This document shows positions 47,631 to 58,904 of a stretch of 64,000 bases of DNA, piece after piece. The notes under the pieces were generated by a model. The model did not search any database, was not told the origin of the DNA, and saw nothing but the letters and a program-made list of their open reading frames with translations. A program made the position numbers and the translations under genes. Each line of letters begins with the position of its first letter. Within the stretch, counting starts at the first letter, position 1. Source of the DNA: an uncultured Verrucomicrobiae bacterium. Lineage in GTDB: Bacteria > Verrucomicrobiota > Verrucomicrobiia > Limisphaerales > UBA11358. The DNA lies in assembly GCA_963789335.1 (NCBI GenBank), contig CAWBKH010000001.1:307304-371303 (forward strand). The letters run 5' to 3'.

Positions 47631-50066
47631 ATGAAACGATTTGCTTTACAAGACGCCGTCCGATTTGTGGTCACCGGAATTTTGCTGGTCTCGGCCAGCC
47701 TGGTCGAGACCGGAACGGTTCAGCAACTCGACACCTGCAGAATGGTACGGGCGGGAAACGCCAGTTACTTTGCCGCCAGTCCGGGAGCGCTGGCGGAGGC
47801 GAAAGCCCGGCTGGCCGCGCACGATAAGTCATTGCAAACCGCGCTCAAGGCATTGATCCGGGAGGCGGACAAAGCACTGGAAATCAAGCCGCCCACCGTG
47901 ATGGATAAAAGCAACGTTCCGCCAAGTGGTGACAAGCATGATTACATGAGCACGGCGCCTTACTTCTGGCCGGATCCCGCGAAACCGGATGGCCTCCCCT
48001 ATATCCGGCACGATGGTCTGGTAAATCCTGAAAGCCGGAACCCTGCGTTGGGAGATAATGGCCGGATGCGGGAGATGAGCAGCACCGTCCAGACCTTGGC
48101 GCTGGCGTACTATTTTACCAGTAATGAGGCTTACGCGGCCCAAGCGGCGAAATTTCTGCACGCCTGGTTTCTCGATCCCGCGACGCGGATGAATCCAAAC
48201 CTGGAATTTGCGCAGGCAGTTCCCGGCAAAAACACGGGCCGCGGCACGGGGATCCTACAAGGCCGGAACATCGCCGCGGCCGCTGATGCGGCACAATTGC
48301 TGGCGGGTTCTGCCGCGTGGACCTCAAAAGACCAGGACGAATTCAGAGCCTGGCTGGAAACCTATCTGGACTGGCTGTTGACGAGCAAGCACGGACATGC
48401 TGAGTCCAATGCCCGCAACAATCATGGGACGTGGTATGACGTTCAGGCCGTGGAACTGGCGTTGGTGCTGGGTAAGGTGGAGGTCGCGAAACAAATCTGC
48501 GAGGCGGCGAAACAAAAGCGCATCGCCCTTCAAATCAAACCGGATGGTCGGCAGCCATTGGAGTTGGCGCGGACGGCGGCGCTCGGCTATTCGCATTTCA
48601 ATCTCGAGGCGCTGTTCACGCTGGCCACCTTGTCAGATTACGTCGGAGTTGACTTGTGGCATTGTCGGCTGCCGAACGGCCGGTATGCCCTGCGTACCGC
48701 CCTGGATTTTATGCTGCCCTATGTGACGGACCCGACGACGAAGTGGCCTTACCAGCAGATCAAGCCTTTCAACCGGGCCGAATTCGCGCCGCAACTCCGC
48801 CAGGCGGCAGTGGTTTACCATGGGCCAGAATACGAGAAAATTCTCGCGGGATTTCCTGACGTGGCCAAGGAACGTTTCCAATTGCTGTGTCCCGAACCCT
48901 CCCCAAAATTGGACGTCGCGGCGATTGACCGGGAACGCATCCTGAAGGCGGCCGACGCTGCGCTCGCGTTGCCGCCGATCACCATCACCAAATACCGGGC
49001 CAAGTTGAGTGAGGGCGGGCCGAACGACTATTATTCCAATGGCGACTATTGGTGGCCCAATCCCAACACCACCAACGGCCTGCCTTACGTCCGGCGCGAC
49101 GGCGAATCGAACCCTGACAATTTCAACGCGCATCGCGAGTGTGTCCGGCAGTTGCGCGATGCCGTCAGCGCCTTGGGTGCGGCTTACGAAATCACCTGCG
49201 ACGATCGTTACGTGAAGAAGGCCGTCGAATTGCTGCGCGTGTTTTTTCTGGATTCCGAAACGCGAATGAACCCCAGCCTGCAATATGCGCAGGCCATTCC
49301 CGGTGTTTCCACGGGCCGGGGCATCGGCATCATTGACACCTTGCATTTGATCGGCGTGCCCAAGGCGATTGAAGTGATGGAAAAATCGCCGTCGTTTCCG
49401 CCCGAGGTACTGGCTGGATTGAAAAAGTGGTTTGCCGATTACGTCCACTGGATGCGGGCCAGCAAAAACGGCCAGGACGAGGCCAACGCCACCAACAATC
49501 ATGCCGTTGCTTATTGGCTGCAAGTGGCGGTGTTTGCCCAGTTTGTTGGCGACGACAAGCTGTTGGGCGAATGCCGGCAAAGATACAAAGAGGATTTTGT
49601 TCCCAAACAAATGGCGCCCAATGGCAGTTTTCCGCGCGAACTGGCACGCACCAAGCCGTATGGTTATTCGATCTTCCAACTCGACAACATGGCCACGCTC
49701 TGCCAAGTGCTCTCGACGGCGAACAATGATTTGTGGGCGTTCACGTTGCCCGATGGCCGTGGCATCCACAAGGCCATGGAATTTCTGTATCCGTATCTCG
49801 CGGACAAATCCAAATGGCCGTATCGAAAAGATGTGGAGGCGTGGGCGGACTGGCCGGCGCGCGAGCCCAGTCTGTTATTCGCCGGTCTGGCCTTCCACAA
49901 CCAAAATTACCTGAATCTTTGGGAGCGGTTGCCGGCCGACCCGACCAATCAGGAAGTCCTTCGCAACATCGCCATCCGTGAGCCATTGTTGTGGCTCCCG
50001 GATTTCTCCGCTGGTGACAACTTGCAAAGGACTTCGCATCGAAATCACATGGCAGGCTCGAACTGA
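47631..50066 (+). CDS. Tandem two-domain polysaccharide lyase (PF05426 alginate-lyase fold, PL38-like)
   Basis: Two copies of DY(M/Y)S...Y(F/W)WP...GLPY.R.DG..NP, TRMNP.L.(F/Y)AQA.PG, NNH and G..P.ELART. Confidence 0.82.
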   Translation: MKRFALQDAVRFVVTGILLVSASLVETGTVQQLDTCRMVRAGNASYFAASPGALAEAKARLAAHDKSLQTALKALIREADKALEIKPPTVMDKSNVPPSGDKHDYMSTAPYFWPDPAKPDGLPYIRHDGLVNPESRNPALGDNGRMREMSSTVQTLALAYYFTSNEAYAAQAAKFLHAWFLDPATRMNPNLEFAQAVPGKNTGRGTGILQGRNIAAAADAAQLLAGSAAWTSKDQDEFRAWLETYLDWLLTSKHGHAESNARNNHGTWYDVQAVELALVLGKVEVAKQICEAAKQKRIALQIKPDGRQPLELARTAALGYSHFNLEALFTLATLSDYVGVDLWHCRLPNGRYALRTALDFMLPYVTDPTTKWPYQQIKPFNRAEFAPQLRQAAVVYHGPEYEKILAGFPDVAKERFQLLCPEPSPKLDVAAIDRERILKAADAALALPPITITKYRAKLSEGGPNDYYSNGDYWWPNPNTTNGLPYVRRDGESNPDNFNAHRECVRQLRDAVSALGAAYEITCDDRYVKKAVELLRVFFLDSETRMNPSLQYAQAIPGVSTGRGIGIIDTLHLIGVPKAIEVMEKSPSFPPEVLAGLKKWFADYVHWMRASKNGQDEANATNNHAVAYWLQVAVFAQFVGDDKLLGECRQRYKEDFVPKQMAPNGSFPRELARTKPYGYSIFQLDNMATLCQVLSTANNDLWAFTLPDGRGIHKAMEFLYPYLADKSKWPYRKDVEAWADWPAREPSLLFAGLAFHNQNYLNLWERLPADPTNQEVLRNIAIREPLLWLPDFSAGDNLQRTSHRNHMAGSN

Positions 50067-50170
50067 TTGTAAAAGTCAATTTACACGTTAATCCGACAGC
50101 GCCTGCGGCAGCACCCGAACATGGCCGCATCCAATCTTGCGGGTCGCCGGTTCTAACTTAGAATTTAATC

Positions 50171-53100
50171 ATGCCCATCCGCCTGAACCGCCTCATTACT
50201 GCGGTGATGCTGCCAGCGATCCTGTCATCGGGCCTGTGGTGTGCCGCAGCGGGGGCGGAGCATTCCGTCTGGTCTGATCGCGTGTGGCAGACGGATGAAG
50301 GCTTGTTGAACAACAGCGTTACAGGCGTGGCGCAGACGGCTGATGGTTTTCTGTGGGTGGCGACGTACAGCGGTTTGATGCGCTTCGACGGCGCGAAGTT
50401 CGCGGCGATTCAACTGCCCAGCCTGCTTAAAAAATCCGTGCGTACGATGTTGCTGGACCACCGGGGTCGGTTCTGGCTGGGAATTGATACCGGATCGGTG
50501 ATTTGTCTGGATACGAACTCCTCACGCACATTCGCCAATGGCGAGGGTTTGCCAACGGACCGGGTCGAGGCGATGGCGGAGGATCGTGGTGGCGCGATCT
50601 GGGTGGCCTATCCGAGCGCGCTTTGCCGGATCAAGGACGGCCAAGTGACGGTTTTTACCGCGACGAATGGATGGCCCGCCGGCATCAATGCCTGGGTGGC
50701 CAGCGATGCGCGGGGCGCATTATGGTTTTCAAAAGGTGGACAAGTGGGCGTTGTTCGCGGTGGCAAGCTGCTGCCTGAATTGTCCTTCAGTAATGCGGCC
50801 ATCCGCATTTGCGGGGCCAATTCGCAGGGCCTGTGGATTTGTGTCGGTTCCCGTTTATTGAGGTATCAGGAGAATCACGAACCGGTGCCCTGGGCGCGAT
50901 TGCCCACGAATGCCGAGCCGCAGGTGCTTTTTGAGGACCACACGGGCGCACTGTGGATTGGCACGGTGGCGAATGGATTGTTTCGGCTCAAAGGCCATGA
51001 CGTGGAAAAGGTGCCGGTTTCCAACCAATACGTTTACTGCCTGAGCGAGGATCGGGAGGGAAATATCTGGGCCGGTACCACCGGCGGCGGCCTGAATCTC
51101 ATCCGACCCAGCGCAGTTGACCTGATTGGACGTGATGCAGGCCTGCCTTTTGAATCGGTCGCATCGGTGGCCGAGGACACAGGCGGGGACATCTGGGTCG
51201 TCGGCCAAAGCGGGATGTTGTCAAGATACCGTCAGGGAAACTGGGAAGTGGTGGACGCCGGGGCCGGTTGGATTTGGGGCGCGGCGACGTGCGTGGCTGC
51301 GGACAAACAGAGCGGTGTCTGGGTGGGCGCACGCAACCGCACCCTGCACTATTTTCGCGACGGGACTTGGCGTACCTGGCAGCGGGAGGATGGCTTGCAC
51401 GGCGGTTCGGTGCATTTGATTTTTGTGGCCGCCAACGATGATGTCTGGGTCGTCACCGGATCGCCCAGCCGGCTACAGCAACTGCACGACGGCAAGCTTA
51501 CGGAGCCGTTGTCACTGCCCGGCGAGAATCGCACCATTCGCGCCATGGCCGAAGGTGCGGATGGTACGCTCTGGGTCGGCACGCTGGAAGGCCAGGTCTT
51601 GCGGATCAGCGGGTCTTCGCTCGTGATCGAAACTGCGGCTCAGGAGCCGGGTGGCCTTCCCGTTCGCGCGTTGGAAGCCGCGCCTGACGGGGCTTTGTTG
51701 ATTGGTTATTTCGGCGCGGGCATCGGATGGTTGAAGGATGGAAAATATGCCCGCGTCACGACCGCAGATGGATTGATGGATGATTTCGTTTCACAACTGC
51801 TGACCGACGGGCGCGGCGGATTGTGGGTCGTGGGCAACTATGGTTTGTTCCGGATGTCCTTGGCGGGATTCACGGCGGTGACAGCAGGACGGACAGAATG
51901 GTTGCGCTCGCTGATCTTCGGGCACGACGAGGGTTTGCCAAACTTTCAACCGAATTCCTCCAGTTTTCCCAATGTCTGCAAGGCAAGCGATGGACGGCTC
52001 TGGTTTGCCACACGCAACGGCCTGCTGACAGTGCAGCCGGAGAACATCCGGGATAATTCTATTCCGCCGCCAGTGGTTTTGGAGCGCGTGAGTGCGGATG
52101 ATAAGACAGCCGCACTCTGCGACAGTCGTTCACCCTTGCGAACTGAGAACGGGACCGGCTGGCTAAACCTGAGCCGGTCAAATGCTGTGTTGCGCATCCC
52201 GCCCGGAAACCGCAAGGTGGAATTTGAATATGCGGCTTTGAGTTTTGCCTCTCCGGAAAATGTTCAGTTTCGTTACCGCTTGGAGAACTTCGACGACAAA
52301 TGGGTGGAAGGCGGCACTGAAAGAAGCGCGAGGTATCCGCACTTGCCGGCCGGCAAGTATCGGTTTCAGGTCATAGCCTGCAACAACGCCGGCGTCTGGA
52401 ATGAAACTGGCGCCACCCTGTCCCTCGTGGTGTGGCCGTTTTTCTGGCAGACTTGGTGGTTCCGTGGGCTGGCTTTGTTCATCTTTACTGCAAGCGTGGT
52501 AGCCATTGTGCGCTACGTCTCTTTTCGCCGTTTGCGTGTGCGCATGTTGCAACTCGAACAGGAGGCCGCGCTGGAGAAGGAGCGCACACGCATTGCGCGG
52601 GACATGCATGACGAAGTGGGAGCCAAGCTCACGCGCCTGTCCCTCTTAAGTGAGATGGCGGGCGACCATTCGGAGATGCCTTCGTCGGCTCGGAGCGAAG
52701 TCAAAGAACTTGCTGATACCGCGCGTGAGACCATTCGCTCGTTCGAGGAAATCGTTTGGGCCGTCAACCCGCGCAATGACACTTTGGCTGACTTGGTTCA
52801 TTACTTGTGCCGCTACATGGAGGATTACTTTGAGGGCAGCCCGGTGCAATGTGCCTTCGATCTGCCGCCGGAAATCCCGCCCTTTGTTTTACCAGCCGAG
52901 GTGCGGCAGCAGGTTTTCCTAGCCGCCAAGGAGGCGTTAAATAACGTGCTTAAACACTCGAAAGCCAGTCGCGTGCGGGTCCATCTGGCACTGGTCACGG
53001 ATGAATTCAAAATCATCATCGAGGACGACGGCTGCGGTTTTGACACCGGCACGCCACCGAAGCGGGCCGGCGGCGGCAACGGTCTGGGGAACATGCGCGA

Positions 53101-53203
53101 GCGTCTGGACAGCATCGGTGGACGGCTGGAATGTCACAGCCGGCCCGGCCAAGGCACGCGCATTGTCTTCATCGCCCCCTTCGATTCCCCGGCGAAGCAT
53201 TGA
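50171..53203 (+). CDS. Sensor histidine kinase with beta-propeller and Y_Y_Y periplasmic region (HisKA_3)
   Basis: Repeated EDxxGxLW motifs, FRYRLE...YPHLPAGKYRFQVIACNNAGVW, ERTRIARDMHDEVG. Confidence 0.93.
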   Translation: MPIRLNRLITAVMLPAILSSGLWCAAAGAEHSVWSDRVWQTDEGLLNNSVTGVAQTADGFLWVATYSGLMRFDGAKFAAIQLPSLLKKSVRTMLLDHRGRFWLGIDTGSVICLDTNSSRTFANGEGLPTDRVEAMAEDRGGAIWVAYPSALCRIKDGQVTVFTATNGWPAGINAWVASDARGALWFSKGGQVGVVRGGKLLPELSFSNAAIRICGANSQGLWICVGSRLLRYQENHEPVPWARLPTNAEPQVLFEDHTGALWIGTVANGLFRLKGHDVEKVPVSNQYVYCLSEDREGNIWAGTTGGGLNLIRPSAVDLIGRDAGLPFESVASVAEDTGGDIWVVGQSGMLSRYRQGNWEVVDAGAGWIWGAATCVAADKQSGVWVGARNRTLHYFRDGTWRTWQREDGLHGGSVHLIFVAANDDVWVVTGSPSRLQQLHDGKLTEPLSLPGENRTIRAMAEGADGTLWVGTLEGQVLRISGSSLVIETAAQEPGGLPVRALEAAPDGALLIGYFGAGIGWLKDGKYARVTTADGLMDDFVSQLLTDGRGGLWVVGNYGLFRMSLAGFTAVTAGRTEWLRSLIFGHDEGLPNFQPNSSSFPNVCKASDGRLWFATRNGLLTVQPENIRDNSIPPPVVLERVSADDKTAALCDSRSPLRTENGTGWLNLSRSNAVLRIPPGNRKVEFEYAALSFASPENVQFRYRLENFDDKWVEGGTERSARYPHLPAGKYRFQVIACNNAGVWNETGATLSLVVWPFFWQTWWFRGLALFIFTASVVAIVRYVSFRRLRVRMLQLEQEAALEKERTRIARDMHDEVGAKLTRLSLLSEMAGDHSEMPSSARSEVKELADTARETIRSFEEIVWAVNPRNDTLADLVHYLCRYMEDYFEGSPVQCAFDLPPEIPPFVLPAEVRQQVFLAAKEALNNVLKHSKASRVRVHLALVTDEFKIIIEDDGCGFDTGTPPKRAGGGNGLGNMRERLDSIGGRLECHSRPGQGTRIVFIAPFDSPAKH

Positions 53204-53265
53204 TGCCTTGTCCACACTTTATCCGACTGCCCAGCCGGCAGGAGTGGGATTAAACTAGGGAGGAA

Positions 53266-53976
53266 ATGAATTCAGTCTCAAACAGCGTTGTGGTAGATTC
53301 GGTGCGACCGGCGGTTGACTCGGTCCCTTTACCGGAGGCCGTTATGCTTAAAGTCTCCATAGTTGAAGACGACGCGAAACTGCGTGAAACGCTCGTGCGT
53401 TATTTTGCGAGGCAGTCCAGCTTTCGCTGTGTGAAAGCCTACCCAAATGCTGAAGTCGCTCTGGCCGACATCCCGCAAAATCTGCCCGACGTTGTACTGA
53501 TGGACATTAATCTGCCCGGCATGAACGGCATTGAATGTGTGTCGCGCCTGCGGCAGACCGTGCCATCCTTGAAGATCATTATGCTGACCGTCTTCGAGGA
53601 GGATGAGCAGGTGTTTCAAGCCCTGTCGGCGGGCGCTTTTGGCTATCTGGTGAAAAGCAATCGGCCCGCGAAAATTCTCGAAGCCATCCGCGAAGTGTAT
53701 GACGGGGGCTCGCCCATGTCCGCTCACATCGCGCGCAAAGTAGTGCAATCACTCCAGACGCAATCTGCCGTTCGCGCGGAAACGGACATGCTCACCGCGC
53801 GTGAAATGGAGGTTCTGCAAGGTTTGTCCCGCGGTCATCCCTACAAGGAAATAGCCAGCGACTTGGGCATCAGCTTGAGCACCGTCCGCACTTACATTCA
53901 GCGCATCTATGAGAAGCTGCATGTCCATAGCCAGACCGAGGCGGTCATGAAATTCGCCCGGAAGCAAGGCAATTGA
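53266..53976 (+). CDS. NarL/LuxR family response regulator
   Basis: IVEDD, VVLMDINLP, LTAREMEVL...YKEIA; alternative start at 53344. Confidence 0.92.
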   Translation: MNSVSNSVVVDSVRPAVDSVPLPEAVMLKVSIVEDDAKLRETLVRYFARQSSFRCVKAYPNAEVALADIPQNLPDVVLMDINLPGMNGIECVSRLRQTVPSLKIIMLTVFEEDEQVFQALSAGAFGYLVKSNRPAKILEAIREVYDGGSPMSAHIARKVVQSLQTQSAVRAETDMLTAREMEVLQGLSRGHPYKEIASDLGISLSTVRTYIQRIYEKLHVHSQTEAVMKFARKQGN

Positions 53977-54005
53977 CGTGACTAAACCAACTTCGAGCGC
54001 GTGAA

Positions 54006-57000
54006 ATGAAAGTGGGCTTTCGTGGTTTCTTGGGATACTTCTCCCGCCGGGTGGTGCTGGTGGGTTTGATTTTTTGCGCGGCGATGATTTCCCTCCGTGC
54101 CGAAGAACGGCTCACACTCAATTTCAATCCCGATTGGAAATTCATCAAGGCAGATCCTGTCGGGGCACAACAGCCGGGTTTTGACGACAGTAACTGGACG
54201 ACGGTATCAACGCCGCACACCTACAACGACGTGGACTCGTTCAACCAGCTTGATCCGGGCCGGATGCTGGGCGAAACCAATCTCTGGTCGGGCCGCACCT
54301 GGTATCGGAAATCCTTCATGCTGCCGGAATCGCTCAAGGGCAAGCAAGTTTACATCGAATTTGAAGCCGTGCGCCAGGTGGCTGAGGTCTATCTCAACGG
54401 CCATTACCTCGGCGCGTGCAAAAACGGATTTGTTCCTTTCGGCTTTGACCTGACGTCTTATATGCGCTTCGGCCAGCCGAACGAGTTGGCAGTGATGTGC
54501 GACAATCGTTTTATGATCAGCGACATTGGAAACGGCGGTGCCAAAACCCTGTCCGCCTACGAAAAGGAAGTCAACAATATCGTCCCCGACGACGTGAGCC
54601 AAATTCAGGCCAATCAAATTCCTTGGAACAACCCGCAATGGCATCCGCCGCTCGGTGGCATTTACCGCAACGTGTATCTTTACGTGACCGACCCGCTGCA
54701 CATCTCGCTGCCACTTTACGATTACCTCAAGACCGTCGGACCTTATGTCTATGCCACGGAAATTTCCAGCCAAGCTGCCGCCGTCACTGTCGAAATCCCG
54801 GTCCAAAACGGGCGGGACAGAGATGCGAGCGTAACCGTGGAGGCGAAGATTCTGGATCATGAAAGAAACCTGGTGGCGACTTGGCGCCAACCAGAAGAAA
54901 TTCCGGCGGGCGGCAGCGTCACCGCTAAGCTCTCCGGGACCATTACGCAGCCGCAACTCTGGGAATCGGATTATCCGTATCTCTACCACGTTGTCTGCTC
55001 CGTGCGGTCAGGCGATGAAATCATTGACTCGTGTGAGGTCCCGCTGGGCATCCGCGCGGTTCATTGGGATGTCAAAACCGGCTTTTGGATCAACGGCCAT
55101 CATTTGAAACTTCACGGCTGGGGGCAGCGGCCAACCGACAATTGGCCTGGCCTCGGTGCGGCGCAACCGGACTGGCTGCATTTCTACACACTGGACTTGA
55201 TGAAGCAGGCGGGCGGCAATTTCATCCGCTGGGGCCATTGCGCCGGCGGGCCGGCCATGATCAAAGCCGGTGATGAACTTGGCTTGATTGCCGACCAACC
55301 GGGCGTGGACGGTGAATCCGACACGGTGGGTGCGGCATGGGAAATCCGCGCTGCCGCTTTCCGCGACGTGCTGGTTTATTTCCGGAACGACCCTTCGATT
55401 TTGATTTGGGAAGGAGGCAATCAAAAGGTGACGCGCGCCCACGCCGGGGAACTGCGCCATTGCTTTGAAGAGTATGATCCACACGGAGGCCGCGCCCTCA
55501 CGTTTCGGCGCGCCGATAAAACCACCGGCAAGTACATGGACATCGCCCTCGGCACCGAAGGCAGTCACGAAGTGCCGCGCCTGCCGGTTGTTGAAGGCGA
55601 ATACGACCGCGAGGAGTCGCCACGCCGGGTTTGGGACGATTACTCGCCGCCGGAATTCGGTTATCCCGAAGCCAAAGGACAAACTTACGATCTGACTTCC
55701 GAACAATTTGCCGTGAACGAAGTCAGCCAGTACGTTGACAAACTCGGAGCACCCGGCCATTGCGGCGGCGCGAACTGGATTTTCTCCGATTCGACCAGCG
55801 GCGGACGCGACACCGCCGAGGTGGACCGCGCCAGCGGCGAGGTGGACGGCGTGCGTTTGCCCAAACAGGCTTACTACGTTTGCCAGACGATGTTCCGCAG
55901 CGATCCCCAAGTCCACATCATTGGGCACTGGACGTATCCGGCCGGAACGAAAAAGAATATTTATGTCACATCCAATTGCCAGGACGTTGAATTGTTCGTG
56001 AACGGCAGGTCGCTTGGACGCGGAATAAAATCAGACCGTTATCTTTTTACGTTTCCAGGTGTGGTTTGGGAACTGGGCGAAATTAAAGCCGTGGCCAGCA
56101 ATAATGGCGTTCCGGTGGCAACCAACACGATTCGCACCGCCGGCCCGCCCGTGGCGTTGCGGCTCACAAAGATCACCGGTCCCGACGGTTTGCAAGCGGA
56201 CGGCTCGGACGTTGCCTTGATTGATGTCGAAGCGGTGGACGCAAAGGGCGAACGTTGTCCAACGTTTCAAGAGCGGGTGGACTTTGCTTGCTCCGGCCCG
56301 GCGATCTGGCGCGGCGGTTACAACAGCGGCAAGGCTGATTCAATCAACCAAAAATATCTCGATTTGGAATGTGGCATCAATCGGGTTGCTGTGCGATCAA
56401 CTCTTCAGTCTGGTGAAATCACCGTCACAGCCAGTTGTCCGGGCTTGGAATCCGGCAGTGTTAAGGTTTTATCGCATGCGTTTCCGGTGACCGACGGCTA
56501 TTTGCAGGTGATGCCCGCGATGCCAAAGTTGTCCTTGCCCTTGACGCATCCGGACTGGAGCCATCTGGCCAAAGACAGCCCGCCCATGAGCGTGACAGAC
56601 GCTGCCACGGCCGCGAACGCGGTGGGACGCTTTACGCAAGCATTTGCTTACACGGGGCCGACAGAACTGGTTCACATCGAATCGAACGTCGGAAACGGAA
56701 AGAATATCTACTGTGATCGTGATTATGCTTTCACCGGCCTCCCAAAACAATTGACCGGAGCTGACTGGGTGCAGGCGGCGGATTCGGATGGTTCCTACAA
56801 CGCGGCAGACCTGATGCAGATCAACGTGAAGGCGAACACCATCGTTTACGTGGCGCACGACCGTCGTTTGACGTCGCCCGGGTGGCTGTTGAGTCAATTC
56901 AAGCCGACGAATTTAAGTTTCATCATCAATGGCCGGCCGATGAGCATTTTTGAGCATCGCGCTGAAAACGATGAGAGCCTGACCCTTGGCTCGAACGCCA

Positions 57001-57056
57001 CAAATTCCAATCCGGCCTCTGCGAACATGTATGTCGTGTTCGTAACAGCCGGGTAG
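54006..57056 (+). CDS. Exported GH2 glycoside hydrolase (DUF4982-type architecture)
   Basis: WYRKSF, FEAV, GGIYRNV, PSILIWEGGN, VHIIGHWTY; substrate not assignable. Confidence 0.82.
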   Translation: MKVGFRGFLGYFSRRVVLVGLIFCAAMISLRAEERLTLNFNPDWKFIKADPVGAQQPGFDDSNWTTVSTPHTYNDVDSFNQLDPGRMLGETNLWSGRTWYRKSFMLPESLKGKQVYIEFEAVRQVAEVYLNGHYLGACKNGFVPFGFDLTSYMRFGQPNELAVMCDNRFMISDIGNGGAKTLSAYEKEVNNIVPDDVSQIQANQIPWNNPQWHPPLGGIYRNVYLYVTDPLHISLPLYDYLKTVGPYVYATEISSQAAAVTVEIPVQNGRDRDASVTVEAKILDHERNLVATWRQPEEIPAGGSVTAKLSGTITQPQLWESDYPYLYHVVCSVRSGDEIIDSCEVPLGIRAVHWDVKTGFWINGHHLKLHGWGQRPTDNWPGLGAAQPDWLHFYTLDLMKQAGGNFIRWGHCAGGPAMIKAGDELGLIADQPGVDGESDTVGAAWEIRAAAFRDVLVYFRNDPSILIWEGGNQKVTRAHAGELRHCFEEYDPHGGRALTFRRADKTTGKYMDIALGTEGSHEVPRLPVVEGEYDREESPRRVWDDYSPPEFGYPEAKGQTYDLTSEQFAVNEVSQYVDKLGAPGHCGGANWIFSDSTSGGRDTAEVDRASGEVDGVRLPKQAYYVCQTMFRSDPQVHIIGHWTYPAGTKKNIYVTSNCQDVELFVNGRSLGRGIKSDRYLFTFPGVVWELGEIKAVASNNGVPVATNTIRTAGPPVALRLTKITGPDGLQADGSDVALIDVEAVDAKGERCPTFQERVDFACSGPAIWRGGYNSGKADSINQKYLDLECGINRVAVRSTLQSGEITVTASCPGLESGSVKVLSHAFPVTDGYLQVMPAMPKLSLPLTHPDWSHLAKDSPPMSVTDAATAANAVGRFTQAFAYTGPTELVHIESNVGNGKNIYCDRDYAFTGLPKQLTGADWVQAADSDGSYNAADLMQINVKANTIVYVAHDRRLTSPGWLLSQFKPTNLSFIINGRPMSIFEHRAENDESLTLGSNATNSNPASANMYVVFVTAG

Positions 57057-57060
57057 CAAC

Positions 57061-58503
57061 ATGAATAAACCGACCACCTTTTTAAAAACGGTTCTTCCAT
57101 CGTTGATCGCACTTCGCCTCTGTTCAGGTACGATTCTTGCCGCGTCGTTTGTAGATATTGCTGTTGACACAAAATCTCCCGGCGCAACGATCTCATCCAA
57201 TTTTATCGGGTTGAGCTACGAGATGTCGTTGGTGGATCCGTCCGAAAATGGAGAGCATTTTTTCAGTCCGGAAAACCAACCGTTGATCAAGCTATTCCAG
57301 ACGTTGGGAGTTCAGAGCCTGCGAGTTGGCGGCAATACGGCTGAACTGGCGACCGTGAAGATTCCCGATCAGGCTGACATTGACAGTTTGTTTGCATTCG
57401 CCCGGGCGGCGGGTGTCAAAGTCATCTACACCCTCCGACTGAGCGGAGACAATCCGGTTGCTGCCGCGCAAACCGCCAAATACATAATGGATAATTATCG
57501 GCCGGAGCTGACCTGCTTCGCGATTGGAAACGAACCCAGCAAACTCGTGAAAGATTATGCGGATTACCGCGAAACGTTCAAACATTACATTACGGTGATT
57601 ACCCTTGCCACCAACGCGCCGGACGCCGTGTTCTGCGGCCCGTGTGCAATGCACAAGGATGTTCGTTGGGCAAACGATTTTGCCAGGGATTTTGCGCACG
57701 ACAAACGCGTCATTTTGATCACCCAACATGAATATCCTGGTAAGAGCGGACGCTTCGCCACCAACGCTGAGATGTCCCTAAAGGCCTGCGAGCAGTTGCT
57801 TTCCACAAATCTTCCCCAAGTGTACGAGGGATTATACGATAACTTTGTGCCGGCGGTTCTATCATCCGGCCTGCAATATCGGCTTGAAGAAGCCAACAGC
57901 TTCTCCAACGGTGGTGCGACGGATGCCAGCGATGCCTTCGCCTCCGCCTTGTGGGGTTTGGATTACTTGTATTGGTGGGCGGATCATGGCGCAACGGGGA
58001 TTAATTTTCACACAGGTGGCTACGCGGACGGAGCGCCGCCTCACAGGCCAATGAAGTATGCCGTGTTTTGGAATTCTCCGGAAGGTTTTGCTGTGCGGCC
58101 GCTGGGTTATGCCATCAAGGCATTCGATTTGGGTTGTCACGGTCAATTGGTACCCGTGCATTTCAAGTCCAACCCTGATGAAATTAACCTGTCTGCTTAT
58201 GGAGTATTAGCTCACGACGGCAGCCTTTGCCTCACGCTCATCAACAAGGAAACCGCGCGCACTCGTGACGCAAATATCACCATCGCACCCGGCAATTCAT
58301 ACACCCGTGGACGCGTCATGTTCCTGACCGCACCGCACAATAATATTACCGCCAAGGCAGGTGTTACCTTGGGCGGCGCTCGAATCGAGGATAACGCTCG
58401 TTGGTCCGGTGCTTGGAAATCTTTGGCCGGCCCTTCAGACAGGGGAAACTTTTCAGTAAATGTTCCGACGGCTTCGGCGGCGATTGTGCAATTTGGCCGA
58501 TGA
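57061..58503 (+). CDS. GH79 beta-glucuronidase-like protein, exported
   Basis: FIGLSYE, LRVGGNT, IGNEP, RLEEANS, ASALWGLDY, GINFH. Confidence 0.85.
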   Translation: MNKPTTFLKTVLPSLIALRLCSGTILAASFVDIAVDTKSPGATISSNFIGLSYEMSLVDPSENGEHFFSPENQPLIKLFQTLGVQSLRVGGNTAELATVKIPDQADIDSLFAFARAAGVKVIYTLRLSGDNPVAAAQTAKYIMDNYRPELTCFAIGNEPSKLVKDYADYRETFKHYITVITLATNAPDAVFCGPCAMHKDVRWANDFARDFAHDKRVILITQHEYPGKSGRFATNAEMSLKACEQLLSTNLPQVYEGLYDNFVPAVLSSGLQYRLEEANSFSNGGATDASDAFASALWGLDYLYWWADHGATGINFHTGGYADGAPPHRPMKYAVFWNSPEGFAVRPLGYAIKAFDLGCHGQLVPVHFKSNPDEINLSAYGVLAHDGSLCLTLINKETARTRDANITIAPGNSYTRGRVMFLTAPHNNITAKAGVTLGGARIEDNARWSGAWKSLAGPSDRGNFSVNVPTASAAIVQFGR

Positions 58504-58904
58504 TTTAGTTGCTTTGGAAATAGACTGCTTCCGCCCGGCGCCGTGACTTAAAATAGGCGCTACTGAAGGTGGAGGGACCAGCACTTCTTCTCTGGTAATT
58601 TGACTCATTTTCGGGTGCAATGTTCAGTAACACCCATTTTGACTCAACCTGTGGTTTCCTCAGCCATCTTCTCCTTTTCATTGGCAACCTTCATTTTGAG
58701 GCAATTTGCACCGATATTTCAATGCGCCCGAAGGCTCGACACGTGGCGCTGGTCCGGCTATAAACCCGGCTTGGCGATACCTCGGGGAACCAGCCGGCTA
58801 TATTCATTTAGTGCAGAAATCTCAAGTTGCCGTGCAAAAGATAGTGATTATTTTAGCGGGTACAAAGGCTATTATAGATGTGCAGCGGGAAATTGGTAAT
58901 TTTT

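Noticed and set aside
53204-53265. Possible operator between the second kinase and its regulator
   Set aside because: Symmetry (GTCCACACTTTATCCGAC) is too weak and no second copy was noticed.
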